From positions 864,001 through 928,000 of the forward strand of contig CBDBCR010000003.1 in the NCBI GenBank assembly GCA_965203465.1: 64,000 nucleotides of DNA, written 5' to 3'. This DNA comes from Nitrosopumilaceae archaeon (lineage in GTDB: Archaea; Thermoproteota; Nitrososphaeria; Nitrososphaerales; Nitrosopumilaceae). The notes under the pieces were generated by a model. That model was not told the origin of the DNA. It made no database searches and was given only the letters and a program-made list of their open reading frames with translations. Both the position numbers and the translations under genes were made by a program. This document shows positions 38,262 through 49,367 of the stretch, piece by piece; the stretch's first letter is position 1; the number at the start of each line of letters is the position of its first letter.

Positions 38262-39710
38262 GTGAAGTACGCCTTGGCGCTGCTGGCGGTCTTGGCGCCG
38301 GCGGCAGCCTACGCCCAGGCCGATCTTCCCGATTCTACGACCATAATAGACGTCGGCTCGTCGGCCCTGTGGGCCGAGATCTCGGGCGGCTCCGTCTACG
38401 TGAGCAACCCCGCCGACGGGACCATAACCGTGCTCGACGCGGCCAGCGGGGCCGTGACCGGCGCCATAGATTCCGAGCCGGGCGTGGCCGTCCTCAAGAT
38501 AGTCGACGGCAAGCTGTACACGACGGTCGGCGGCGACGCGGCCGTGCGCGTCTACGATCTTGCCACCGGCGGGGAATCGGCCCGCATAGAGGTGGGCCAG
38601 CCCGACATCACGCTGTCATCGACTGCCGACCAGCCGTACGGCCAGCGCGAATACGTGACGTTTTCTACCGATTCGCTGGGCATCGCGCACAGCGGGTTCT
38701 ACGGCAACCTGTACGCGGTCCATTCGACCGTAAACAGGGTGGTGGCCATAGACTTGGCCTCGGGGAGGGCCACCGCCGAGATACCGGTGGGCAAGACGCC
38801 GCTTTTGATGGTGGTGGACGAAAAGAGGAACGCCGGGTACGTGACAAACTACGAATCGAGCAGCGTCTCCGTCATAGACCTGTTCACCAACGAGGTGGTA
38901 AAGACCCTGCAGACCGGCTTCGCGCCCGCCCAGATGGCCATAGACCCCGACGTCGACAGGCTGTACGTGACCCACCACGCCTCGCCGCACGTGGCGGCCA
39001 TAGACCTGGCCGGCCAGGAGGTCGCGGCCAGGATAAACGTGGGCGCCCCGACCCACGCGGTGGCCCTCGACAGGCAGATGGGGCTGCTCCACGTCACGCG
39101 CCTGCCAGAGAGCGGCGTGACCGGCGCGGGCCAGCCCGGCAGGGTCGACTTTATCGACACGTTCGACAACAGGGTCGCCGGGGGCTTTGAGCTGCCGGAG
39201 AACCCGTTCACCATAGCCGTCGATCCGGGCAGCAGGATGCTGTACGCGACGGTCATAAAGGACGGCAGCGTGGTGGCGGTCGATCTCGGCCTGGACGAAG
39301 AATACCTGCAGGTGGCCCCCGATTCGGGCTCGCCGCAGCCGGAGGGCGGCGGCTGCCTGATAGCTACGGCCTCCCACGGGACCGAGATGGCCGGGCAGGT
39401 GCAGAAACTGCGCGAGGCGCGCGACTTGGCGCTCTCTACGGGTCCGGGCTCGGCGTTCATGGCCGGCTTCAACTCCATATACTACGCGTTTTCGCCGTCA
39501 GTAGCCGACATGCAGAGGGAGAACCCGGCCCTGCGCGAGGCCGTCCGGGCGCTGATCGCGCCCATGATGCACAGCCTGCAGCTGATGGAGCTTGCCGGCA
39601 CCGAGGCGCAGGTGCTCGCGCTCGGCTCTGCCGTGATAGCCCTGAACTTGGGCTTGTACGCGGGGCTGCCGGCGGCCGCTTTTGTGGCCGCGCGCAGGCG
39701 CCTATCCTGA
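38262..39710 (+). CDS. YncE/YVTN beta-propeller surface protein with CFI-box-CTERM anchor
   Basis: Signal peptide, YVSN/YVTN repeats, GGGCLIATASHGTEMA..VQ.LRE. Confidence 0.9.
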   Translation: MKYALALLAVLAPAAAYAQADLPDSTTIIDVGSSALWAEISGGSVYVSNPADGTITVLDAASGAVTGAIDSEPGVAVLKIVDGKLYTTVGGDAAVRVYDLATGGESARIEVGQPDITLSSTADQPYGQREYVTFSTDSLGIAHSGFYGNLYAVHSTVNRVVAIDLASGRATAEIPVGKTPLLMVVDEKRNAGYVTNYESSSVSVIDLFTNEVVKTLQTGFAPAQMAIDPDVDRLYVTHHASPHVAAIDLAGQEVAARINVGAPTHAVALDRQMGLLHVTRLPESGVTGAGQPGRVDFIDTFDNRVAGGFELPENPFTIAVDPGSRMLYATVIKDGSVVAVDLGLDEEYLQVAPDSGSPQPEGGGCLIATASHGTEMAGQVQKLREARDLALSTGPGSAFMAGFNSIYYAFSPSVADMQRENPALREAVRALIAPMMHSLQLMELAGTEAQVLALGSAVIALNLGLYAGLPAAAFVAARRRLS

Positions 39711-41189
39711 GGCCTGCACGTACATTCCGGGGGGCTTGTTCGCGCTTTCCGGCAGGCCCGTGATGCCCCCGCCGAGGCTCTGCACCGATACCCCCTTGCC
39801 CGCCAGCACCTTGGCCGCGCTGAGCGACGTGTTGCCTGCCATGCAGACGAGCAGGGCCCTGCCCTCCAGGGCGGCGCCCATGCCCTCGGGCACCTGCCGC
39901 GTCGAGAGCAGTTCCCCGACGTCCGAGGCGCTCGTCACGGTTATTTTCGACTTTTCTACGCCCAGCGACCTTGCGAGCATCTCTATGCCTTCCTCGCGCG
40001 GCGCGTAGCGCGGGTGCACCCAGACTATTCTGTCGTATTCAGCGGAGGCGGCCTCTTCGAGCGACACCTCTACCGGCTGGGCGACCTCTAGGGAACGGCG
40101 GTACTTTGCTATGCCGTCTGCCACGATCACGACGAACTTGGACGCTCTGCCGGAGGCTGCCGCGCGGACCGCCGCGTAGAGCGCGAGCGCCGCGCTTTCG
40201 CCCATGTCGTGGCCCCGGTCTACCATGAACTTCAGCATGGGCCGCGCCTTTTCAAAGTCCTCTTCGGTCTGCGAGGCGTACCGGTCGGGCCTGTACAGGC
40301 CGAGGCCCTCGGCGTTGGCCCTCGTGCGGATGCCGGCCACGTCCTGGCCCGGGACCGGGAACACGACGTGCACGGACTTTGCGCCGTATTTTTCCAGCAT
40401 GTGCGAGCTGAGGCCGCCCGACGTCCCCCCGGTGCCGAACGTGCAGAATATCTGGCATCGGCCCGGTTCCTGGCCGGCGGCGCGCAGCTGCGCGTCCAGC
40501 TCCACCGCGGTGACGGTCCGGTGCGCCTCGACGTTGAGTTCGTTGCCGTACTGCTGCGGGCAGAACATGCCGTATATCCCGGCCAAGTAGGCCGCCAGGT
40601 TGATGACGTCCTTGCGGCCGAGCAGGCGCTCTATCTCTTTTGCGTGCCCGTCGAACGTGTCAGTTTCAATGCCCATCTCGGAGAGCCGCGAGCGCACCGT
40701 CGCCGCGGCCGCCTTGGCCGCCAGCTCGTCTGCTTTGTTTTCCATGCCCGGCGCCGGGCATATGTCCACGTCCATGTCTATGATGTTGACGCTGCTGTCG
40801 CGCAGCTGATCGATGACGCCCTCCTGCAGCCTGCGCGAGACCAGCGCTATGACCTTTACGCCCGCGCGCGAGAGCAGCCCGAGGGCTATGCCGAAGTTGC
40901 CCGACGTGGCCTCTATTACCGGCTGCCCCTCGCGCAGCTTGCCCGATTCGATCGCGTCGCGGATGATGTGAACCGCCGGCCGCGTCTTTATGGAGCCGCC
41001 CGGGAGGCCCGACTCCATCTTGCCGTATATCTCAAAGCCGGGCCCCAGCTCGGCCCCGTAGAGCCTGCGCGCGCACTCTGATACGTCGCGCGTCATGTCT
41101 TTGAGCGGGGTCGGGCCCGCCACGGCCCCGCCGTCGGCGCGCGGCACGCCCGAGCCCATCTCCTGCTCGAAGCGCTCCGAAAGGCCCAC
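39702..41189 (-). CDS. PLP-dependent cysteine-synthase-like enzyme with C-terminal rhodanese-like domain
   Basis: GSIKTR, EATSGNFGIAL, GTGGT, then LLVCMAGNTS...SLGGGI. Confidence 0.88.
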   Translation of the reverse strand: MGLSERFEQEMGSGVPRADGGAVAGPTPLKDMTRDVSECARRLYGAELGPGFEIYGKMESGLPGGSIKTRPAVHIIRDAIESGKLREGQPVIEATSGNFGIALGLLSRAGVKVIALVSRRLQEGVIDQLRDSSVNIIDMDVDICPAPGMENKADELAAKAAAATVRSRLSEMGIETDTFDGHAKEIERLLGRKDVINLAAYLAGIYGMFCPQQYGNELNVEAHRTVTAVELDAQLRAAGQEPGRCQIFCTFGTGGTSGGLSSHMLEKYGAKSVHVVFPVPGQDVAGIRTRANAEGLGLYRPDRYASQTEEDFEKARPMLKFMVDRGHDMGESAALALYAAVRAAASGRASKFVVIVADGIAKYRRSLEVAQPVEVSLEEAASAEYDRIVWVHPRYAPREEGIEMLARSLGVEKSKITVTSASDVGELLSTRQVPEGMGAALEGRALLVCMAGNTSLSAAKVLAGKGVSVQSLGGGITGLPESANKPPGMYVQASG

Positions 41190-41289
41190 GGGCAGGGGCG
41201 CGGCGCGGCCAATTTAAGGCATCGGGAGGGCCGGCGGGCAGTCGGCAATGCAGTTTAGAAGTGCCGAATACGCGCGCAACTGTGCAAGA

Positions 41290-44200
41290 TCAGGTAGACT
41301 CGGCCAAGTCTTCCACCCTGCGCCGTATTTTTTCAATCTCCGCCTCGGGATCCCGCCACCAGTCCCTGCTCCATATCCGGGCTATGGCCCAGCCTTTACT
41401 CTCCAAGAACCGTTGCCGGTACACGTCCCTCTCCCTCGTGCTCTTTGCAGAGTGGTACTGCGCCCCGTCGCACTCGACGCCCAGAATATACCTTGCAGGG
41501 TTGCGGGGATCCACTATGGCGAGGTCTATCCGGTATCCAGATTGGCCCACCTGCATGGCAACCTCGTATCCGTGTTCTAGCAGGCGATCGTGCACCATCT
41601 CTTCAAACGGGCTTTCAAACGCCAAACTGGATCCGGGCTCCGAGGAACCTGCGTCCCGCCTAGCCATGGCGGGCTTGAGTTGGGAAAGAATCTGCTCTAC
41701 GCGCTCGTCGTCGCGTTTGCTCACGGCTCGGGCATATAAGAGAAAGCTTTTGAGAAATCCCGGCCCCTTGTGTGTAAGAGAGTCTGTATTCATGTCATGC
41801 GGATCAAACGAACACACGACTATAATCTGTCGGCTGGCACGCGTGGCAGCTACGTTAAGCCGGTTTTCTCCCCCCTCCTTGTTCAACGAGCCGAACTGCA
41901 TCCGGATCCTGCCCTCCGGATCCTTGGCATAACCTACGGAAAATATTATGATCTCCCGCTCGTCTCCCTGAACGTTTTCGATGTTGCGGATGAAAATCTC
42001 GTCATCCTTCTTTCCGCTCTCAGGATGCTCGGCGAGCGAGTATAGCCTGGCAAATTCCGGATCTTGGCGCTTTAGGTCGATCTGATCTAGAACCGCATCA
42101 CGCTGCTTTACGTTGAACGTGATGACTCCCAGCGTGGGAACCTTGGAACGGCGACGTTCGGCGTCTTGAAGTATCCGGTAAATCTCCCCAACTACCTTGG
42201 TAGCCTCCGCCTGATTGGCCTGGTTTTCCCACACGCCCTTACAGTCGATCCAAGTTATGGACGGCTTTGGGGGGTTTTTCTGCACGTTGGGAGCTACGTG
42301 AAGCCGCCCGTTGTAGAACGCGTGGTTGGAAAAGTCTATCAGTTCCTGGGATTCAGACCGGTAGTGCCACTGCAACATGTGGGTCGGATGTCGCCTTCTG
42401 ACCAGATCTAAAAGGCTCTCGATGGCCGAGACTTCGTCGTCCTCGTCTTCGTCGTCCTGCATTTGGAACAAATCGTGTGGTTTTAGCTGGTTTTCGTCTC
42501 CTGCGATCACTTTGCGTTTCCCCCTGTAGAGGAACGGCATCGTACGCTCTGCCGCAAGCTGGCTTGCCTCATCCACTATGATCATGTCAAACATGCCTTT
42601 TTCCAGCGGAAAGATGTTGGAGACGGTTTCAGGCGATGCAAGCCAGCACGGGACAAGATGGAATATAGCATGCCGGAATTCCTCGATCAGTTGGCGCACT
42701 GGCTTAATCCTCCTCTTTTTTCCAAGCTCATAGTCCAGATCAGTCCGCCTTCTGGTGAGAGGGGCCTTGGCGCCGTCCACTATTTGGCGCGCGATCAGTC
42801 TGGATTTTTCAGAAACGAGCGCCTTGAGATCCTCCGCGTAAGCGGAATAATCGTCAAAGCCCCTCCGAAGTATGGGGTGCTTTGCCTCGAGTGCCTCTAT
42901 CCACGCATCGTACGCTTCCTGCCGCACGGCATGACTCCAGTCATCGCCCGCTTCCAGATGCAGAGAGCATCGCTCCAAAAGATCTCTGGTAAACTTGTCC
43001 AGCTCTTGCTTGCGTGAATCGTGTTGCCTGAGATCCTCAAAATCCGACAGTTTCTCAAGGAGTTTGTCCGCACTCTCTTGCAGCATCTTCTGGTCCGACG
43101 CCACAGTACGCAGCGGGTTGGATTCCGGCTGGAAGAATTGGGAGAGCTGTAGTATTGATTCGTGGATGTGTCTGCCGTTTGCCGCTTTCTGCTTTAGGTG
43201 ATCCGGATCCGAGGCCACGTCTGCGTCGATTCCGTTTTCTTTGAGCAATGCGCGAAGCGATCCGGAAGAGGCGGCCAGTTTTTCCTCGCAGTCGGCAAGA
43301 TCTTCTCCGCACGATCTAAAGTCCGCGATATGCTCGAGCAGGCGATCCTGCTCATTTCGATCAGATAGGACTATCGGATCCCTGATTTCTGCGGGGCTAC
43401 AGCGTAGGTCTTTGGCTATGAGCCACAGTTGTAGGCCGTAGTCCAATCTGCTCGCCATATCCGCAGGGTCGAGTCCGGCATTTTCAGGTCTTGCCAAAAA
43501 CTCTTTCCGCACAGCCACATTCTTGCGTTTTTCCGAATTGAAAATTTTCTCCAAAAACGAAGGGCTGGCCTCGGATAGGGCGCGTATGGCCGTTTGCTGC
43601 CCTTGCAGGCTCTCTTCGATTATAGCACGATCTAGAGCACGGGATATGTTCTGGACGGTGTCAAACTTTGCCCACAGGGACGCACCTGCCCGTGCGTTGA
43701 GTTTTATCTGATCGAGATCTTTGGACAAATTGTCTTTGTCCGCCTTTTTGAGAAGAGCCGAGATCAAGTCTTGGAATGAGTCTGAAGAACTCTGCAAGTC
43801 GATCTTTCGCTTTGCCAGTAACGCGTGCGAAGCGGCCAATTTTGTCAGTTGTCCTTGGGCGTCCAGATCCCGCGCCGCAATGTAGTCTTTCGAGGACGAC
43901 TTTATTGTAGAAAGAAGTTCTTCAATGTCATTTTTGGCAGTTCCGGTGAGACTGGAAAAATCCACTCGCGCAAACCACGGATAAGAAGCCGTCTCGAATC
44001 TTTTGTAGTTTTGCTCCATTCCCGACATCGATTTGAGCGCGCGATGGAGATCAGAAAGCGTCAGATCGTCAATGATCGCGTCCAGCTTTAAGCGACTCTT
44101 GGAACCGGTTCTTTCCGAGACGGAGTAGAGACGCTGCGCATTTATCCCAAAAGATTCGTCGTACAGCGCTGCCGTAATTTCCGCGCGGGACGAAATCAGA

Positions 44201-45627
44201 CGATCTATTTGGTCGGATGTGTGGCGGAGTTCGGTGTCAACCTGCTTCGCGTACTTCCCCGTACGGCGTAGCATTTCTCGAATCTGCGCGTACATTTTGG
44301 GGCGATCTTCCTTTTCTCGGCTCAACAGCACCGCGCGTTTGTCAAGCTCTTTTTCGGCGAGCCTTTGTTGCACCACCTCAAGCGCGGCCCTTTTTTGGCA
44401 GACTACGAGGATCGTCTGTTTTTTAGAGAGGGCGTTGGCGATTATGTTCACTATGACCTGCGACTTGCCCGTTCCGGGAGGACCGCGGACAAGCGTGACC
44501 CGCTCGCTTTGGGATTTGAGCACCACGATGTCTTGCGACGAATCACTGGGAAGCACCATGTTGAGGTGCCGGTCGGCAACCTTGTCGATTTCTGGCTCGT
44601 CTTGGATCTCGCCGCAGTCATCCGCATCCTGCGCGGGATCCTCAGAATCGGCGTCTAGAATGCCAGCTATGAAGCTGTCTGCCCTGCCCGAATCGATCAT
44701 GTCTTCGTAATCCTTGTATATGGCACCCTCTCCTTGCGGAAAGCTTCCCACGATCCTGTAGTTCATTATCTTGAATGTCCGCCCTTCGATCTGGTCGAGT
44801 TCATCCCGGGTCTTGTCCGGAAACCGCCACGGCGAGATCTCGGCCGGATCATGGCCTTCATCTGGAAAGGTGCGTTTGCTCAACTCTACCGGTATGTCGT
44901 TTTTGGACAGGAGTTCAGCCAAGCGTGCGGCAAGATCAAAATCCTTGTCTCTGCTTGAAGACATCAGGTCGTCGAAATCCATCTCGAAATCTTTGGGTGT
45001 TTGGAAGCCACCTATTTTCTTCATAGCTGCGAATAGCGTTCTGTTGAGTATGGGTTCGCTGTCATGTGGTTTTACATACCAGCCGTTTGGCTTGCGTCCG
45101 GTGTCGCGATACACAGACACTGGAAAAAGCACCAACGGAGCTCGTGCATAATAATCCCCGCTCATCCGACCTTCCAGAAATGGAAAGCCTACATAACAGT
45201 ACTGCGCGCCGGTTTCGTCTTCGGCCGATCGTATGCTTCGGTGCATGTTTTTCAAATGCGTGCGGATTTGGTCGGTGCCGTCGGCGGCGTCTGAATCCCG
45301 CAATATGCAGATCGGGGATTTTCGCCCCAATATGCTTTTGACGACCCTGTCCGACGTGCCTTCATGCATTGTGTCCAGTCTAGCCAGGTCAAAATTGTGC
45401 TTGCGGTATATTTTCTTAAGGCAGACGCATCGGTTGTTCCTAGAAATATTCAGGAGTTTGTTTTGGTAGACCTTTAGTTTTCCAGTCAAGATATTCCGGT
45501 TGCCTGAATTGGCAGCATCGTTTCCCTCGTCGGCATAGGTAGAAAAGCCGATGGGGATGGATTCGGTTGCCTCGTGTCCTGCCTGATCGGAATCCGCAAG
45601 CGTCGACTTTCCATCATCTGTGTCCAT
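41290..45627 (-). CDS. DUF4011 + SF1 (Upf1-like) helicase + Vsr-like nuclease (Hhe-type anti-phage protein), ~1445 aa
   Basis: KLLNISRNN, APLVLFPV, GPPGTGKSQ, DEASQ, GDENQL, HYRS, NVQGDER, RLNVAATRA, FESPFE...IDLA...ECDGAQYH. True start is ATG 45627, below a TTTAAAA box. Confidence 0.9.
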   Translation of the reverse strand: MDTDDGKSTLADSDQAGHEATESIPIGFSTYADEGNDAANSGNRNILTGKLKVYQNKLLNISRNNRCVCLKKIYRKHNFDLARLDTMHEGTSDRVVKSILGRKSPICILRDSDAADGTDQIRTHLKNMHRSIRSAEDETGAQYCYVGFPFLEGRMSGDYYARAPLVLFPVSVYRDTGRKPNGWYVKPHDSEPILNRTLFAAMKKIGGFQTPKDFEMDFDDLMSSSRDKDFDLAARLAELLSKNDIPVELSKRTFPDEGHDPAEISPWRFPDKTRDELDQIEGRTFKIMNYRIVGSFPQGEGAIYKDYEDMIDSGRADSFIAGILDADSEDPAQDADDCGEIQDEPEIDKVADRHLNMVLPSDSSQDIVVLKSQSERVTLVRGPPGTGKSQVIVNIIANALSKKQTILVVCQKRAALEVVQQRLAEKELDKRAVLLSREKEDRPKMYAQIREMLRRTGKYAKQVDTELRHTSDQIDRLISSRAEITAALYDESFGINAQRLYSVSERTGSKSRLKLDAIIDDLTLSDLHRALKSMSGMEQNYKRFETASYPWFARVDFSSLTGTAKNDIEELLSTIKSSSKDYIAARDLDAQGQLTKLAASHALLAKRKIDLQSSSDSFQDLISALLKKADKDNLSKDLDQIKLNARAGASLWAKFDTVQNISRALDRAIIEESLQGQQTAIRALSEASPSFLEKIFNSEKRKNVAVRKEFLARPENAGLDPADMASRLDYGLQLWLIAKDLRCSPAEIRDPIVLSDRNEQDRLLEHIADFRSCGEDLADCEEKLAASSGSLRALLKENGIDADVASDPDHLKQKAANGRHIHESILQLSQFFQPESNPLRTVASDQKMLQESADKLLEKLSDFEDLRQHDSRKQELDKFTRDLLERCSLHLEAGDDWSHAVRQEAYDAWIEALEAKHPILRRGFDDYSAYAEDLKALVSEKSRLIARQIVDGAKAPLTRRRTDLDYELGKKRRIKPVRQLIEEFRHAIFHLVPCWLASPETVSNIFPLEKGMFDMIIVDEASQLAAERTMPFLYRGKRKVIAGDENQLKPHDLFQMQDDEDEDDEVSAIESLLDLVRRRHPTHMLQWHYRSESQELIDFSNHAFYNGRLHVAPNVQKNPPKPSITWIDCKGVWENQANQAEATKVVGEIYRILQDAERRRSKVPTLGVITFNVKQRDAVLDQIDLKRQDPEFARLYSLAEHPESGKKDDEIFIRNIENVQGDEREIIIFSVGYAKDPEGRIRMQFGSLNKEGGENRLNVAATRASRQIIVVCSFDPHDMNTDSLTHKGPGFLKSFLLYARAVSKRDDERVEQILSQLKPAMARRDAGSSEPGSSLAFESPFEEMVHDRLLEHGYEVAMQVGQSGYRIDLAIVDPRNPARYILGVECDGAQYHSAKSTRERDVYRQRFLESKGWAIARIWSRDWWRDPEAEIEKIRRRVEDLAEST

Positions 45628-45880
45628 GCAGGACAGACTAGAGGGGATTTTAAAAATATTAGTCTGCCCATGTTTGGGCGGCATCGGTGTGCGAAGTGTG
45701 CTGCCTCCCGAGGCCAAAGTCAAAACCCATGTCAGTTCAGGCTGGCCGGGTGCTGTCTTGCGGAAGAACCAGAGGCCTGTATACGGCGTCGAATGCGGGG
45801 ATGGCGGAGCCTGACTAGCGACTGGAAGACGAAGACTCGCGCCAAGGTCGCCAAGAGCATCCAAGATCAAGTCCGTAATA

Positions 45881-47029
45881 TAGTATCTTAGATTGGATTT
45901 CGGTAAAGATCTAAATAGTGGCACGTTGGGGGGGTGCCATGGTGAAGGAGTTCCTCCCCAACGTGAGCTGACCCGCCTGCGTAACATGCAGAGGAAGGAA
46001 AAGAATCGAAAGGCCGGGCTCAGGCTGCTGGTGTGCGTGCACAGGAAGCAGGGAAAGACGATCATGCAGATAGTTGAGGCCACAAACGTCCCGCGCAGCA
46101 CGGTGACCGACTGGATAAAGAGTATCGGGAAGCACGGTTTGAGCAAGAGATACGACATAAAGAACAAAGGGGCCGCGTGCAAGCTCACCAAGCGCCAGCT
46201 AAAGGCGCTCGAGCGGGATCTGGAAGCGGGTCCGGTAGCGGTCGGACTCGGGGCGGGCGCTTGGACGATACCGCTTGTCAGGATGCACATCAAGAAAAAG
46301 TTCCGCGTAGAGTACCACGTACATTCAGTCTGGGATCTGGTGAACCGGCTGGGCTTCGTGTACATCAAGCCCCGCCCCCGCGACGTACGTGGGGCGTCTC
46401 CGGCAGAAATCAAAGATTTCAAAAAAAAGCTCACAGGACCGTAACAATCTACGCTGGGCGCGGGCATCTGGCCGTTTCCTTTGACGAAATGCACGCATCC
46501 ATGCAGAGCGTGGTCCGGAAAGGATGGTACCCCAAGAAAGGGAAGAGGGGCAAGCGCGCCAAACAGGTCAGGGTCGACATCATGGGAAGGCGGAGCGGCC
46601 GGGCCACCCTGCTCGGAGTCGTAGGGGCCGGAGGCCAGAGCTATTTCGAGTTCCACGACACGGGCAACGCCAAGAACGTGGAGGCGTTCCTCCTGAGGGC
46701 CTACAAAAAGCTGGGCAAGCTGCTGATCTACACGGACAACGCCTCGTACCACAGCGAAGCCGTGTTCCAGAGGCTGTACGAGAAAACCGACGGCGGCATC
46801 GTTGTAAGGTTCCTGCCAAAGTACACGCCGGAGCTTGCGCCGATCGAGTCCCAGTGGAGGGAGGTCAAGCGCTACATCGCCAACCAGTTTTTCGACGACA
46901 TCGGGCAGCTGAAACGGGAAGTATTGAAATCTCTAAGATCCGGTCGCATCAAAATCGTAAAGATGCATGACTATCTTACGGTCTGACCATTCGTGCCAAA
47001 AAACTACCGAATGTCAATCTAAGATACTA
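45881..47029 (+). mobile_element. IS630-family insertion sequence (1149 bp), distinct from the first
   Basis: TIR TAGTATCTTAGATTG...TTCGGTA at both ends, flanked by TA. Confidence 0.93.
45939..46986 (+). CDS. IS630 transposase in two frames (-1 shift at the A8G run, 46421), with a probable extra 1-nt loss near 45966
   Basis: OrfA carries the HTH and wHTH (WT...LGF...KPRP). OrfB carries FDE / TDNASYH / PELAPIE. MVKEFLPNVS from ATG 45939 is out of frame with LTRLRNMQ. Confidence 0.85.
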
Positions 47030-47616
47030 TAAGAGACATGTTCGGGTAACTTGGCAGGCACCCGGCGCAACGGCAAAAATTGCAAGCCAGTCGCGCAATG
47101 TTGTGTTCTATAACACCGCTCAGATGTATTCCCCCACCCTAACCTGCACCCGAAGGACGAGGGAAAATGCTTCGGCGTGGTGTTATAGTGCGGGTGCCCG
47201 TGCCTGAATCCCTTACCGGTGCGGGGCGCGTCGGCGATCCTCGGGCTCATGCGAGTACGCCCCTGAACCGATCGTCTGCGTTTCCGCACGCCGATCCCGA
47301 CTGCGCCAGTCCGACGGGCGCTTTGCCAGCAGGCGGAACGGATCAAAGCCTCAGCTTTTTACTAGGGGACGGTTCTGCGCACGGCGGCGCGCCAGACAAA
47401 AAATGGGCTTCGATGCCCGGGGTTGTCGGCATTCCGACATGAGCTTCCATGCTCGAAAGTCCTGGCGCGCACTCCCATTCCACATCCGCCGGCAGTCCGG
47501 CCGGAGCGCACTTTCGAACAGGGCGCGACGGCGTACAGCATCCCGGTAGACTGGGCCGGCAAATTCGGACTTGCGGCCTAGCGGCGCCCGCCGCGATACA
47601 ATAGTAGCGGGTCTAG

Positions 47617-47632
47617 AGGGTATATATACCCT
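47617..47632. promoter_or_regulatory. Perfect 16-bp palindrome containing a TATA core
   Basis: AGGGTATATATACCCT in a ~900-bp intergenic stretch. Confidence 0.5.
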
Positions 47633-47954
47633 TTGATGGAAATCCGCGCCTGAGTCCGATCGCAAAAACGTCCAATTTAAGACATGTATCTAATTTTATA
47701 CAAAGAAAAGTTTCCGGCCAAGTGGTTGCGCGCCCTTCCGCGTCGCGGCGCCCCACTGACGGTGCTGTTCAACGGGGGGCGGGCGAGGCCGGGCGCTATT
47801 AAAATGCATCTCGAGCCGCCCCCCCCCCCGGGGATCTCCGAGTCCACGGCCGCATCCGGTTATCGCGGAAAAAGCGCGCGTCCGCGCGGCCGGGCTGGGG
47901 TTGCGCTACCGATTTGCGGGCAATCGTTATAGCGACGGGGCCGCCCGCGCCGGC

Positions 47955-49205
47955 ATGGGCTGGTGCTCGCACGATTTCGTCCGGGACCGGGGCGGCCGCA
48001 CCTGCTCAAAGTGCGGGTACAGGCAGAGGCGCCGCCGCAGAACCGGGTACCGAAACTGGCGCAGGCAGGGGCGGCAGGGGCGCTGGAAGGCGCCGGCCGC
48101 AGTGCTGGCCGCGATCGCGATCGTGGCGGGCGCCCTGGTCGCCTCAGAAGTCTTTCCCGGCTACCAGGCGCCGGGCGCGCTGGGCGGCGCCCAGGCGGGT
48201 TCCGGAGAGGCCGGGGACGCGGCGCCTCCGGGCCCCGGCCCGGGCGCAGCGTACGTCGCCCGGACCGGCTACGGGGCCGAGGCGGGCAGCGCGCCCGGCA
48301 TATCGGACGGCTCAGAGTCGGCCAAGGCGGCGGCCAAGATAGAGCTGTCCGTACTGTACGAGCACGCGCTGGAACTCGCGAACGGGGACAGGGCCAGGCA
48401 CGGCCTGGAGCCGGTCGCGCTGAGCGAGACGGGATCCGCGCAGGATCACGCCGACGACATGATGGAGATCGGGTATTATTCGCACTGGCATTCCGAGGGG
48501 GTCAAGCCGTACGCGACGTACACGAAGCACGGCGGAACCGGGTACGTCGCCGAGAACATAGCGGCCAGCTGGTGCTCCGGATACTGCTCCCCCATAGATC
48601 CGTTCGAGGCGATAAAGGAGCACCAATGGGGCATGGTGTACGACGACGCCAGCTCGGACTGGGGGCACCGCGACAACATACTCGATCCGGCGCACACCCA
48701 CGTCAATTTCGGAATCGCCTACGGCGGCTCAAAGCTGTACTTTGTGCAGCATTTCGAAAGCAACGGCGCCGGCTGGAGCGACGTCCACCTCAAGGACGGC
48801 AGGCTCGTCATGGAGGGAACGGCGCCCTGGGGCGGCGCGCCGCACATTTCGATCTACAGGGATCCCGAACCCGAGCAGCTCTCCGCGCTACAGCTGGACA
48901 CGGTAGAGCCGTACAGCCTGCCTTTCTACGAGATGGGCGAGATGGTGGGAATGGCGGTAAGGGTTCCGTCCGGGGGAGCGTACGAGCAATGCCCCAACGG
49001 GGATCTGCTCACGGAGGGCGGGTGCCATCCGTACTCTTTCTGGCACGCCGACACCTGGGGCGACGGCAGGATCCGCCTCACTGTAGACGTCTCCAAGTGG
49101 GTCGGAACCGGCGGCCTGCACAGCGCCCTGGTGTTCCTGCCGGGCGCCGACGGCGTCCACGTCCCGTCGTCGGTGATCGCGCTCGAATACTTGGGGCAGA
49201 GCTGA
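47955..49205 (+). CDS. Membrane-anchored CAP/SCP-domain protein with N-terminal zinc ribbon
   Basis: CSH...CSKC, TM helix, ANGDRARHGLEP, AQDHADDM, SHW, ENIA, GHRDNIL. Confidence 0.87.
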   Translation: MGWCSHDFVRDRGGRTCSKCGYRQRRRRRTGYRNWRRQGRQGRWKAPAAVLAAIAIVAGALVASEVFPGYQAPGALGGAQAGSGEAGDAAPPGPGPGAAYVARTGYGAEAGSAPGISDGSESAKAAAKIELSVLYEHALELANGDRARHGLEPVALSETGSAQDHADDMMEIGYYSHWHSEGVKPYATYTKHGGTGYVAENIAASWCSGYCSPIDPFEAIKEHQWGMVYDDASSDWGHRDNILDPAHTHVNFGIAYGGSKLYFVQHFESNGAGWSDVHLKDGRLVMEGTAPWGGAPHISIYRDPEPEQLSALQLDTVEPYSLPFYEMGEMVGMAVRVPSGGAYEQCPNGDLLTEGGCHPYSFWHADTWGDGRIRLTVDVSKWVGTGGLHSALVFLPGADGVHVPSSVIALEYLGQS

Positions 49206-49367
49206 TCGGTTGCTTTGACCGGAAGCCCAGAGTCCAAGGCGTACGCCTCCTTGTAGTCGACTATCTAGAACTCGCCGGCCGACTCGCCGAAGTCGGCCAG
49301 CACCATACAGACGTTCCGCCGCAGCCCTCGCCGGCAATCCGCTCTATGCTGACCTGAATCCCGTCCA

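Noticed and set aside
46421-46429. IS630 orfA/orfB split as a mutation or novelty
   Set aside because: An A-rich -1 frameshift site is a known feature of IS630 elements.
45628-46752. N-terminal 375 aa of the 1820-aa ORF as a transposase-helicase fusion
   Set aside because: This is read-through across intergenic DNA and the antisense strand of the IS630. The real start is ATG 45627, with its own TATA box.
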